A stretch of 64,000 nt of DNA from Thermodesulfobacteriota bacterium (GTDB lineage Bacteria > Desulfobacterota > Desulfobacteria > Desulfobacterales > SURF-7). Within the stretch, counting starts at the first letter, position 1, and every line of letters begins with the position of its first letter. This document shows, in pieces, positions 36,883-45,931 of the stretch. The notes under the pieces were generated by a model that saw only the letters and a program-made list of their open reading frames with translations, was not told where the DNA came from and made no database searches. The stretch covers positions 320,001 through 384,000 of the forward strand of contig JBMORA010000009.1 of the NCBI GenBank assembly GCA_049320885.1, in the 5' to 3' direction. The position numbers and the translations under genes were made by a program.

Positions 36883-38304
36883 ATGAAACCAGAGACGAAG
36901 GGCGGGCCATTCCGTGGCATTATCGATGCCTGCGCCGACTGCGACACCTGCCGGTATCTGATGACGGGCAGCTGCCTGTTTTTTCCGGAGCTGTACCGCC
37001 TGTATGACCGGGAAAAAGAAGATGGCCGTCCGGCCGATAAAGAGGAGATCGGGCGGCTTTCCGGGCTCTGCACCCTCTGTGGTTTGTGCCCCTGCCCCAA
37101 TATCCGCGCGGATCTGATCCGGAGCAAGGCAGAATCCGTGCGCAGAGACGGGATGGCCCTGCGCAACCGTCTGCTGGCCGATATCCAACGCGTGGGATGC
37201 TGGGGCAGCCTGGCCCCCGAGGCTTTTAACGGCGCGCTTTCATTTGCTCCGGTGAACCGCCTGGCAAAAAAAATCGTGGGAATCCATCCCCACCGGTTTC
37301 TGCCCCGGGTCGCCCGGGAGAATTTTTTTGCCTGGGCGCGCAAGCGGGGATTGGACCGCGAGCCCCGGGGGCGGCCCGGAGTCGCCTATTTTGCGGGCTG
37401 CACGGCCGGATATTTTTTCCCCGAAGTGGCCCGGTCCGCGGTTTCGCTTCTGGAACGAAGCGGGGTCTCTGTTTATGTCCCGCCCCAGCAATGCTGCGGC
37501 ATGCCCACCCTCCTGGAAGGCGATGCGAAAACGACCCTGCAGCGGGCGAAATTCAATCTGGAAAGCCTTATGACGGCTGTGCGGTCCGGATACCGTCCGG
37601 TCAGTTCCTGCCCCACCTGCAGCTATCTGATGAGAATTATGCTCAAGGAGAATGCCTGTTTCTCCTCGGCTTATCAGCAATCGGTCAGCGCCGGCCGGGA
37701 CGAGATCGTTGTCCCGGACCCCGGGGCAACGGACGGCGTTGTGCGCCTGAAAAAATCCATTTACAGGAGCATCCTGAAAGACGACGGGTATTTCTCCTCT
37801 TTCGACCCCTTGGAGCGGATCGCCTTGTCCGACACCATGATGGACCTGGGGGAGTATCTGGAAGGTCTGTTTGGAAAGGTTCATCCGGGCAGCCGGATGG
37901 ACAGGCTGAACGTCCGCATGGTGTATTTCGCTCCCTGCCATCAACGCGAGCAGGGAATCGGCAGTCCTTATGTAAAATTGTTGGCCATGATTCCCGGCCT
38001 TACCATCCAACCGGTGGGCGGCGCCATGGACTGCTGCGGCATGGGCGGCAGCCTGGGTCTCAAAACGGAATTTCATGACGCTTCACTCACCCTGGGAGCG
38101 CCCTTGTTCAACAAGATCAAAGCCGCCGACCCGGAGCTCATCGTCACCGATTGCCTGAGTTGCCGGCTGCAATTTCAACAGGTGCTGCCCTATCCGGTCC
38201 GGCACCCCCTGGAAATTCTTGCCGGCGCTGATGAAAACCAGCCTATGTATTCTATTCCCCGACATCATTCCCCAGGCCCAACAACCATTTCCAGAGGGGA
38301 ATGA
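36883..38304 (+). CDS. GlpC/HdrD-like Fe-S oxidoreductase (two ferredoxin motifs and CCG domains)
   Basis: 'CADCDTC', 'CTLCGLCPC', 'CCGMP', 'SCPTC', 'CCGMGG', 'DCLSC'. Confidence 0.85.
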   Translation: MKPETKGGPFRGIIDACADCDTCRYLMTGSCLFFPELYRLYDREKEDGRPADKEEIGRLSGLCTLCGLCPCPNIRADLIRSKAESVRRDGMALRNRLLADIQRVGCWGSLAPEAFNGALSFAPVNRLAKKIVGIHPHRFLPRVARENFFAWARKRGLDREPRGRPGVAYFAGCTAGYFFPEVARSAVSLLERSGVSVYVPPQQCCGMPTLLEGDAKTTLQRAKFNLESLMTAVRSGYRPVSSCPTCSYLMRIMLKENACFSSAYQQSVSAGRDEIVVPDPGATDGVVRLKKSIYRSILKDDGYFSSFDPLERIALSDTMMDLGEYLEGLFGKVHPGSRMDRLNVRMVYFAPCHQREQGIGSPYVKLLAMIPGLTIQPVGGAMDCCGMGGSLGLKTEFHDASLTLGAPLFNKIKAADPELIVTDCLSCRLQFQQVLPYPVRHPLEILAGADENQPMYSIPRHHSPGPTTISRGE

Positions 38305-39568
38305 TATCGATGGAATTTCCATTATGACTGATTTTCCGTTCCTCGTCCTCGGATAGGATTCTGAGCCGAGCCGTCGGGAATGTCCCGGCGGCCGCCAGGA
38401 GCCCGTTTATTTCCCGTTCCCGGGTTGTGTTATCCGCAAGGCTGAGCGATACCTGGATGGCCTCCGTGATGGCGCGCCCTTCGCGGACCACAAAATCTAC
38501 CTCTTTGCCCGCGATTGATTTCCAATAATACACTTCTTTATTCCGGCGCCGCAGCTCCAAAAACACTATGTTTTCATAGACATGGCCAAGATTCCGACTG
38601 ATCGTGAAGCTGATCGATTGCATCAGCACGGGATCTATGCCGTACACCTTGGAAGGATTGTAGATCTGGCGCTTCAAGGAATAATCGAACAAGTCCACGA
38701 ACAGGAAAAGATAGACGTCGGATAGGGCCTGGAGGTAGTTCTTGATCGTATTCTGGCTCTTTACCCCGATTATCCCTTGCAGCGATTTATAACTGTGGAT
38801 ACACGCGCAGTTAGAGGCGAGAAAAAGCGCCAGTTCCTTTATTTCCCTGGTGTTGCGAATGCCGTTGCGCGCGATGACGTCGCGGTAGAGAATATCCTGA
38901 TAATAGTGCTCCAAAATCGTGGGGTCGCCGGTAGTGATCGCTTCGGGAAATCCGCCGATCAACAGGTATTTCTGAAGGAGGCGCTTCAATTCTATCCGCG
39001 TGTCGCGATGGTATGACTCCGCTGGTGCGGGGAAAAAGCCGCGTGTGCGAACGAATTCAACGAACGATAAGGGCCAGACCACAATCCGGCGATTCCTGCC
39101 GGTGAGAGCCGTCGCTATTTCCGAGCCGAGCAGAGAGGCGTTGGAGCCGGTGACAAAGATTTTTACCGCTTCAAACTCGTAAAGACGATTCAGCCATTTC
39201 TCCCAAAGCGGTACGTTCTGAATTTCATCCAGAAAAAGCCAGACTTTTCCCTTTGGCGCCTCCAGTTCCAGGAAGGATTCATAGAGAGAATCAAAGTCGG
39301 CGGCGGTGAATCCGGCGAACCGTTCATCCTCGAAATTCAGGTAGAGAATGTTGGGGCGTTCCACACCGTGAAGTTCCATGAGGTCGCTGCAGATAAGCCG
39401 CATGAGGGAGGATTTTCCGCTCCGCCGCACACCGGTGAAAACCAATATTTCCCGTTGCGCCAGGAAAGGCCGCGTCTTTTCCTGTAATTCTCTTGGGAAA
39501 AAGTCGGTCTTGCTGAGAAATCGGTCCTTGTGAAGGGTTATAAGTTCTTTTAGTTTTAGCTTGTCCAT
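38252..39568 (-). CDS. AAA+ ATPase with a C-terminal DUF4143-type domain
   Basis: 'GVRRSGKS', 'FLDEIQ', 'TGSNA', 'GGFPE', 'YENIV', 'EVDFV'. Confidence 0.88.
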   Translation of the reverse strand: MDKLKLKELITLHKDRFLSKTDFFPRELQEKTRPFLAQREILVFTGVRRSGKSSLMRLICSDLMELHGVERPNILYLNFEDERFAGFTAADFDSLYESFLELEAPKGKVWLFLDEIQNVPLWEKWLNRLYEFEAVKIFVTGSNASLLGSEIATALTGRNRRIVVWPLSFVEFVRTRGFFPAPAESYHRDTRIELKRLLQKYLLIGGFPEAITTGDPTILEHYYQDILYRDVIARNGIRNTREIKELALFLASNCACIHSYKSLQGIIGVKSQNTIKNYLQALSDVYLFLFVDLFDYSLKRQIYNPSKVYGIDPVLMQSISFTISRNLGHVYENIVFLELRRRNKEVYYWKSIAGKEVDFVVREGRAITEAIQVSLSLADNTTREREINGLLAAAGTFPTARLRILSEDEERKISHNGNSIDIIPLWKWLLGLGNDVGE

Positions 39569-39773
39569 GTCCCGAATATATTGCATTGGTTTTGCATTGT
39601 AAATAGGTATTTATTGCAATACAAATGCTAACAACAAGGCGGTTGGTTTTCAGGGCATTTGGTAAATCCCCGTCGCATACAATAATCTTTTCAAGCCATT
39701 ACCGATTAATTTCATGGGGCCCGCTTCAATGCGCCATCGCAATTCATCCCGGATTTTTCGTTACAAAAACCGC

Positions 39774-39802
39774 TTGACAAAATGGTCTGGTCTGGTCAGA
39801 CT
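39774..39802 (+). promoter_or_regulatory. TA promoter with operator repeats
   Basis: TTGACA at 39774, (TGGTC)x3 at 39783-39797, palindrome GTCTG-GT-CAGAC at 39790-39801. Confidence 0.5.
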
Positions 39803-39826
39803 ATATTTGTAAAAGGGAGGTTGCCC

Positions 39827-40066
39827 ATGCAGATTTCCAATATTTCAGAAGCAAAGGCGCAGTTATCCGCCTTGATTGAAAAAGTCATGGCCGGAGAAGA
39901 AGTGATCATCGGCAAGGCTGGAAAGCCGGTGGCCCGCATCATCAAGTATGAGAATAACCGGCAGCCGCGCCAGCCCGGCGCTTTAAAAGGGAAAATAAAG
40001 ATCGCAAATGATTTCGATGTGCTCCCGGATGATATCGCCGAAGCATTCGGCATGGTGGGCAAATGA
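39827..40066 (+). CDS. Phd/YefM-family antitoxin
   Basis: 'NISEAKAQLSALI..V.AGEEVII.KAGKPVA'. RBS GGGAGG. Confidence 0.9.
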   Translation: MQISNISEAKAQLSALIEKVMAGEEVIIGKAGKPVARIIKYENNRQPRQPGALKGKIKIANDFDVLPDDIAEAFGMVGK

Positions 40067-40440
40067 ATCTGTTTCTCGACACCCATGTGTTGCTGTGGTG
40101 GTTGGACGACAGTCCTTATCTTTCCGATGCTGAACGAAATGCTATCTCTGACCCTGGAAACCTGATTGCGGTGAGTGCTGCCGTGATCTGGGAAATGCAG
40201 ATCAAGCAGGCGCTTGGAAAACTGCAAATTCCAGCTGATTTTTATCCCGTTATCCAAAATCAGGGATTTGAACTTTTATCCATCACCACGGATCATGCGT
40301 ATGCGGCAGGAGGACTGCCCATGCATCATCGCGATCCCTTTGACAGAATGATTATCGCCCAGGCCCGGCTGGAAAAACTGTGCCTCATCACCCGCGACAA
40401 CATATTCAGCAGATACGATGTTTCCGTTTTTGCGCTTTGA
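40063..40440 (+). CDS. vapC: VapC/PIN-domain toxin
   Basis: 'LDTHVLLW', 'VSA..IWE', 'HRDPFDRM..AQA', 'ITRD'. Confidence 0.92.
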   Translation: MNLFLDTHVLLWWLDDSPYLSDAERNAISDPGNLIAVSAAVIWEMQIKQALGKLQIPADFYPVIQNQGFELLSITTDHAYAAGGLPMHHRDPFDRMIIAQARLEKLCLITRDNIFSRYDVSVFAL

Positions 40441-40490
40441 TTCAATTCCAATCTGAAGGACAATTACGGTGGACGAAGCATCCGGGTGGC

Positions 40491-40514
40491 TTGACAGCCA
40501 TCTTGTATGGTTGT
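40491..40514 (+). promoter_or_regulatory. -35 box with an overlapping inverted repeat (candidate repressor site)
   Basis: TTGACA at 40491. ACAGCCAT-CTTGT-ATGGTTGT at 40494-40514. Confidence 0.35.
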
Positions 40515-40528
40515 ATTGGGGTTTCTAT

Positions 40529-41314
40529 ATGGAAGCAAAACAATATATTCCTGAAAAAACCATGTTGAAAAAGATCGCGGCCTACGCCTTGCTCTTACTG
40601 GCAGCCCTGGCGGGGCAAACTTCCCTGATCTTATTAGGAGTGTTTTTGTATTTCGGCGGCCTGGATATTGTTATGCTGAATTTCGGCGATATGGGCGCCT
40701 TGCTCCTCGATGCCGGTTTATGCCTGGTATTTTTCGCGCAGCACAGCCTCATGGTGCGCAAGCGGTACCGGAAATGGCTGGCGGCGCATGTGCGGATGGA
40801 ATTTCACGCGGCCTTGTACACCATCGCTTCCGCCATGGCGTTGATCCTGCTGGTGACGGTATGGCAGAAATCGTCCGTTATCATGATGTGGTCGGAAGGC
40901 GCGGGGTTCTGGCTGTTCCGGGGAGCGTATTTCCTGTCCATCGCCGGTTTGGTCTGGGGGAATCTGGCCCTCGGCTCCTTCGACTCTTTCGGGTTGAATT
41001 CGGTTCTCGCCTACGTGCGCGGCGCAACCGCGAAGCCGTTGCCTTTCGCCGCCAAAGGACCTTACCGGTGGGTGCGCCACCCGCTGTACTTCTGCTCCCT
41101 GCTGATGATCTGGTCATGCCCCACCATCACCGTGGATCGCCTGCTGTTCAACGCGCTTTTCACCATCTGGATCTTGATCGGCATGCGCTTCGAGGAGCGC
41201 GATCTGATGGCATCCTATGGTGCGGCCTATGAAACATACCAAAAACAGGTTCCCATGATTCTGCCCCGCGGAATCCAGCCGGCGTTGCCGCGATCCGGGC
41301 TGGTTCAGGAGTGA
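40529..41314 (+). CDS. Membrane S-methyltransferase, ICMT/MddA-like family
   Basis: 'FAQHSLM.R', 'GPYRWVRHPLY', 'G.RFEERDL...G..Y..YQKQVPM'. Confidence 0.75.
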   Translation: MEAKQYIPEKTMLKKIAAYALLLLAALAGQTSLILLGVFLYFGGLDIVMLNFGDMGALLLDAGLCLVFFAQHSLMVRKRYRKWLAAHVRMEFHAALYTIASAMALILLVTVWQKSSVIMMWSEGAGFWLFRGAYFLSIAGLVWGNLALGSFDSFGLNSVLAYVRGATAKPLPFAAKGPYRWVRHPLYFCSLLMIWSCPTITVDRLLFNALFTIWILIGMRFEERDLMASYGAAYETYQKQVPMILPRGIQPALPRSGLVQE

Positions 41315-41345
41315 CAATCCGCTGTCATATGGATATAAGGGAAAA

Positions 41346-41840
41346 ATGAATTCGCTGAAACAATCCCTGTGGCAAATCCCCGCGCTTATCGTCATCGCCT
41401 GCTGCATTGCCGTCGGCGTCAACCATTTCCGGGCCGACGGCATCCCGCTCGTGGGTGATTGGTCGGAAGAAACCCGTTTTTCCGATGCCGAAGGGGGGAG
41501 CCTGGTCATTTCCCTGGACCAGGCCCGGCGCCTGTTCGAAGAACAAACCGCCCTGTTCGTGGATGCCCGGCCGGAAAGCCAGTATGCCGAGGGGCATATC
41601 CAGGGGGCCCTGAGCATTCCCTGGCAGGAGGTGGACCGGTATTTTGACGCGGCGGCGGACAGGCTCGCGGACGTCAACGAGATTGTCACCTATTGCGACG
41701 GAGAGACCTGCGAATTGAGTCATGAATTGGCCCTGTTCCTGAAGGAAATGGGGTTTGCCAACGTGCGGGTGCTGGTCAACGGCTGGACCGTTTGGCGCCA
41801 GGCGGGACTGCCGACGGAAGAGGGGAGCGGGCAACCATGA
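41346..41840 (+). CDS. Membrane-anchored rhodanese-like protein
   Basis: N-terminal TM, 'FVDAR....Y..GHI.GA', 'YCDG..C..S', 'GW..W'. Confidence 0.85.
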   Translation: MNSLKQSLWQIPALIVIACCIAVGVNHFRADGIPLVGDWSEETRFSDAEGGSLVISLDQARRLFEEQTALFVDARPESQYAEGHIQGALSIPWQEVDRYFDAAADRLADVNEIVTYCDGETCELSHELALFLKEMGFANVRVLVNGWTVWRQAGLPTEEGSGQP

Positions 41841-43345
41841 CCGACTGTAAGATGGAACACCACGTTTGTTTTTCTGAATGCCGTGATCAAGGTGGCGGGG
41901 AAAACGCCGGCAGTCATCCGCATTCCGGCCACCACCATGGATCGGTGTCCGAGGATACCAGCGGTTCCCGGCTGCTGGCCACATTGGCGCTGAATCTGCT
42001 CATCCCCGTGGCCCAGGTCATCGGCGGCCTGCTGGCCAACTCCGTGGCGCTGATATCCGACGCCGTTCACAACTTCAGCGATTTTACCGCCATCCTGATT
42101 TCCTACATGGCCTACCGCATCGGCCGCAAGGGCGCAACGGTTTTCAATACCTTCGGATACCGGCGCGCGGAGATTCTGGCGGCCCTGATCAACGTGCTGC
42201 TGCTGGCCGGCGCCGCCGCCGTGATCCTCTATCATGCCGTGACTCGCTTTCTTCACCCCCAGGCCGTCAATGGCGCCGCCGTGATGATCCTGGCGGGAGT
42301 GGGCGTGATCGGCAACGGTCTGTCGGCCTGGCTGCTGCACCGGGATGCGGCCCACAGCCTGAACATGCGGGGCGCCTTTCTGCATATGCTGGGCGATTTG
42401 TTGACGTCCGTGGTGGTGCTGATCAACGGCGCGGTGCTCCTCTTTTATCCCTGGTATTGGCTGGACCCGCTGCTGTCGGTGCTGATCGTGGCCCTGATTC
42501 TGAAAAACGGCTGGGAGCTGTTCCGGGAATCCACGGCGGTGCTGATGAACGCCACCCCCGGTCACATCTCCCTGGAAGAGGTCCGGCGCTTTCTGGCGGA
42601 TCTGCCGGGGGTCCTGGGGGTTCATTATCTGCACGTCTGGCAGGTGTCCGCGCACAGCACGGCTTTCTCCTGCCATGTGGTGGTGCCCGACCAGACGGTC
42701 AGCAGCACCGAACGCTTATCCGAACGAATCCGGCGGGAACTGCTGAACCGGTTTCATATCGATCACCCGGTGCTGCAATTCGAAACCGTGGATTGCGGCC
42801 AGGGCACACTGCTCTGTGAAATGACCTGCAAGGGGGACAGTTGCCTGCCGAACGGTGCCAAGGGAGGTGCTGGAGTCGTCAAACCGCCGGGGTGGACAAA
42901 CCGGCAGGCGATGATTTTCACGCTCCTGCGTCTGGGATTGGGCGCTGTTTTCCTGTACGCCAGCTTTGACAAAATCCTGAATCCCCAAGCATTCGCCAAG
43001 GCGGTCTATAATTATCAAATTCTTCCGGATGTCTTGGTGAACCTGGCGGCCATTGCGTTGCCCTGGCTGGAGTTCCTCCTGGGATTGTGTCTTATTACCG
43101 GTTTCTGGCTGCCGGGGGCCACGGTGACGACCACCGGCCTGTTGACCGTCTTCATCGGCGCTCTGGCGTTCAATCAGATCCGGGGCCTGGACGTCTATTG
43201 TGGCTGTTTTTCAACGGAAGCCAAGGCCGGCGCCGCCGGTTTATGGCCCGTGCTTCGGGATGTGGGTTTTCTGGTCGTATCGGCGTATATGACGCTGGTT
43301 GTTTTTTCTTCCAGGCGGCGGATGGGGGAGAAAATCAAACCTTAA
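41837..43345 (+). CDS. Cation diffusion facilitator (CzcD-like) fused to a C-terminal MauE/DoxX domain
   Basis: His-rich N-terminus, 'SDAVHNFSD', 'TFGYRRAE', 'AFLHMLGD', 'HLHVW'-like. Then 'RL.LG.VF.YA..DKI..P..F', 'LPWLE', 'CGCF'. Confidence 0.85.
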   Translation: MTDCKMEHHVCFSECRDQGGGENAGSHPHSGHHHGSVSEDTSGSRLLATLALNLLIPVAQVIGGLLANSVALISDAVHNFSDFTAILISYMAYRIGRKGATVFNTFGYRRAEILAALINVLLLAGAAAVILYHAVTRFLHPQAVNGAAVMILAGVGVIGNGLSAWLLHRDAAHSLNMRGAFLHMLGDLLTSVVVLINGAVLLFYPWYWLDPLLSVLIVALILKNGWELFRESTAVLMNATPGHISLEEVRRFLADLPGVLGVHYLHVWQVSAHSTAFSCHVVVPDQTVSSTERLSERIRRELLNRFHIDHPVLQFETVDCGQGTLLCEMTCKGDSCLPNGAKGGAGVVKPPGWTNRQAMIFTLLRLGLGAVFLYASFDKILNPQAFAKAVYNYQILPDVLVNLAAIALPWLEFLLGLCLITGFWLPGATVTTTGLLTVFIGALAFNQIRGLDVYCGCFSTEAKAGAAGLWPVLRDVGFLVVSAYMTLVVFSSRRRMGEKIKP

Positions 43346-43380
43346 ACGCGCCGGCCGCCGCTAGATCAGATCAGGTCAAG

Positions 43381-44520
43381 TCAAATCCGGATCCATTCTT
43401 TTCTCAGGGCATTGTCCAATATGACCCCCGCCAGGAAAGCCGCCCCCATGTTCCACATGGCAACAGCCGCCACGATCAGCATCACATAAATATCGGATTT
43501 GTTGTTTCCGATGTCTTTCACCGTCATCGCCAGTTCCGAACCGGCGAAAAACAGGATCACTCCCAGAACGGCATTGGGGAAAACGGAAAAAAGAAAGGCG
43601 ATGGAGTCGCTGAGAAACAGGGCTGCGAGAATCAGCAGGCATCCCAGAATCACCAGGGACCCGCCTGTTTTAGCGCCAAAGCGGACATGGCCGGCCATGC
43701 CGCCGGCGCCATGGCACATGGGGACGCCGCCGAAAATGGGGGATATCAGATTTATAATTCCCTGGGAAACGGCGATCTTTTTTTCCGTGACCTTCCGGTC
43801 GGGAAACAGTTCGTTGTTTTCGGCGGTGATGGCGATCACCGCGTTGCCCAAGGTTAGCGGGATCTGCGGAATCGTAAATAGCAGGGTGCCGGTGACCAGA
43901 TCGTTCCAGGTGATCAGGGGAAAGCTGAAGACCGGCAGCTTGAAGCCGAAATGAATCCTGGCCAGTTCCGGCAGTATTTGCGGATTCAGGATGGGGGCGG
44001 ATACCAGTCCGATGACGATCAACATGAACATGGCCGGAAACCTGGGGTTGGTCAGCAGCAGGTAGGTGACGACAAGGGCGATCCCCGCCAGGACCGGCGC
44101 GGTTCTCATCCGCTTGACACCGTCCACCATGAAGGAGAGCCCCAGCCCGAGCATGATGCCGCGCACCACCGGTTTGGTTGCCAGTCTGGCGACGGGCTTT
44201 AAGGCGCCGGTGAGGCCGACGAACAGCCAGAAGAGGCCGGTGGTAAGGCCCGAACCATATAGAGCCGCTGGGCTTATGCCGCCGGCGATGGCCGCAGCGC
44301 CGATGGCTTTCATGGGCTGGACGGGAACCGGCGTCCGGTAGTAGAGCCCCGACGCCATCAGGGTGATGCCGAACATGAACAGAAGGCCCAGGGGCGGTAC
44401 TTTCACGATGGTGATGTAGGCAACCACAAAGGGAATCAGGGTGCCGAGATCCCCGAAGGCTCCCGCCCATTCCATCTTGTCGTACCGGTTTCCGGTTGTT
44501 TTACGGGTTTCATTTTCCAT
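43381..44520 (-). CDS. MOT1-family molybdate/sulfate transporter
   Basis: 'GAFGDLGTLIP', 'PVQPMKAI', 'PQIPLTLGNAVIA', 'PMCHGAGGMAG..RFGA'. Confidence 0.88.
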   Translation of the reverse strand: MENETRKTTGNRYDKMEWAGAFGDLGTLIPFVVAYITIVKVPPLGLLFMFGITLMASGLYYRTPVPVQPMKAIGAAAIAGGISPAALYGSGLTTGLFWLFVGLTGALKPVARLATKPVVRGIMLGLGLSFMVDGVKRMRTAPVLAGIALVVTYLLLTNPRFPAMFMLIVIGLVSAPILNPQILPELARIHFGFKLPVFSFPLITWNDLVTGTLLFTIPQIPLTLGNAVIAITAENNELFPDRKVTEKKIAVSQGIINLISPIFGGVPMCHGAGGMAGHVRFGAKTGGSLVILGCLLILAALFLSDSIAFLFSVFPNAVLGVILFFAGSELAMTVKDIGNNKSDIYVMLIVAAVAMWNMGAAFLAGVILDNALRKEWIRI

Positions 44521-44585
44521 TCGGATCTTCCTTGCTATATTGTCCGGATTCGGTCCGCTCCGCCCCCATGAAGAGCGATGCGAAT

Positions 44586-44623
44586 TTTATTATCACGAAA
44601 ATTAAATATTTCGTGATAATAAA
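44586..44623. promoter_or_regulatory. Perfect 15-bp inverted repeat, putative TunR operator
   Basis: TTTATTATCACGAAA-ATTAAATA-TTTCGTGATAATAAA (core TCACG-N14-CGTGA) between the divergent genes. Confidence 0.8.
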
Positions 44624-44744
44624 TACCAGGCCAGTGATGCCCAAGTCAAGTTGTTTTAACCATGGCGTTTTACAGAGACGATATGCTACAAGGAATATGC
44701 GGGAAGCCGATGCCGAAAACGTAAACAACCGGTGACGCATTCAC

Positions 44745-45851
44745 ATGAAATCACCTAAAAAAATCAAGAGGGGCCGGCGCGCCTCACCCATAGCGCTGTC
44801 AAAAAGCGTGAATCACGGACGCATCGTCGCTGCGCCGGATGAAGGTCTGTGTCTGGATACGGTCCGGTTGAACCGGTTGGAGCAGGCCTTCCGGGAATGG
44901 GTGGAGCGTTCGAAACGGGCCGATATCACCTGTTCCCGGCAGCGCATCCTGGTCATTTTCCTCCTGATCCGGTACACCGGCGCCAAGCTCAGCGAGGTGC
45001 TGGCCCTGAATCCCCGGGAAGACATTCGGCCGGAGAAGTCGGCGGTTTTTTTCCGTGGCAACGCCGCCGGGCCGGAAATGGCTCCCCGGGAGGTTCAGGT
45101 CGCGGACCAGGTATTGAGGGAAGTCCGGGACAGGCTGCGGGATATTCGCGAAGAAAGCCGGGACAGCCTCCAGTTGGATCCCGGTTTTGTGCGCCGCAAA
45201 TTTTACGAACGCGCCGAGGCCTGTGGTTTTTCCAGGCAGTCGTCGGGTCCGGAGATGATCCGCAAGGCCCGGGCCGTGGAGTTGATGCAGGGCAACATGC
45301 CGCTCCCGGCGGTTCAAATGATGCTGGGTCACTCGACGCCGAATCTGACATCCGCCTATGTATCCTTTTCAGAGGATGAAATCCGGCAGGTAGCCAGGCG
45401 TTTCATGGAAAAGGAGTCGCTGCGTAAAACCAGCGCCCGGAACTCTTTTTTCGGCAAGATTCAGGAAATCCGCCAGGGCGACATCCAATCACGGGTGGTG
45501 CTGCGGACCATCGAGGGGCATTTCATCGCCACGGTCATTACCAACGATAGCGTGGAGCGGTTGGGCTTACAGCCAGGCGGCCTCGTCACCGCGGAGGTCA
45601 AGGCCCCCTGGGTGATCCTGCAAGCAGCAGGCGACGAGGCGCCCGCCTGCAGCGCCGAAAACAGATTCAAAGGGGTGCTGATACGCATAAGCAGGGGCGG
45701 GATCAATACGGAATGCGTTGTACGGATTTCGAATACAATCGAATTGTGCGCCGTCGTCTCAACCGAAGGAATGAAAAACATTCCGTTGAACGAGGGGGAT
45801 GACGTCTGGGCCCTGTTTAACGGTTTTTCCGTGGTGCTGCATGTGGATTGA
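44745..45851 (+). CDS. tunR: TunR-family molybdate/tungstate-responsive regulator (tyrosine-recombinase-like domain plus two TOBE domains)
   Basis: 'YTGAKLSE', 'LGHS....T..Y', then TOBE motifs 'TSARN', 'SAENR'. Confidence 0.82.
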   Translation: MKSPKKIKRGRRASPIALSKSVNHGRIVAAPDEGLCLDTVRLNRLEQAFREWVERSKRADITCSRQRILVIFLLIRYTGAKLSEVLALNPREDIRPEKSAVFFRGNAAGPEMAPREVQVADQVLREVRDRLRDIREESRDSLQLDPGFVRRKFYERAEACGFSRQSSGPEMIRKARAVELMQGNMPLPAVQMMLGHSTPNLTSAYVSFSEDEIRQVARRFMEKESLRKTSARNSFFGKIQEIRQGDIQSRVVLRTIEGHFIATVITNDSVERLGLQPGGLVTAEVKAPWVILQAAGDEAPACSAENRFKGVLIRISRGGINTECVVRISNTIELCAVVSTEGMKNIPLNEGDDVWALFNGFSVVLHVD

Positions 45852-45931
45852 CCCCAAAAAGCGACAAGAAAAAACCAATGGTTGCCATTTTCGGCCTGAT
45901 CGACGATGCCCGCGAAAGGACGGGCAACGCC

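Noticed and set aside
44745..45851. Integrase of a mobile element
   Set aside because: Catalytic Arg/His positions are altered, TOBE domains are fused, and no att or tRNA context is present. It fits a TunR regulator.
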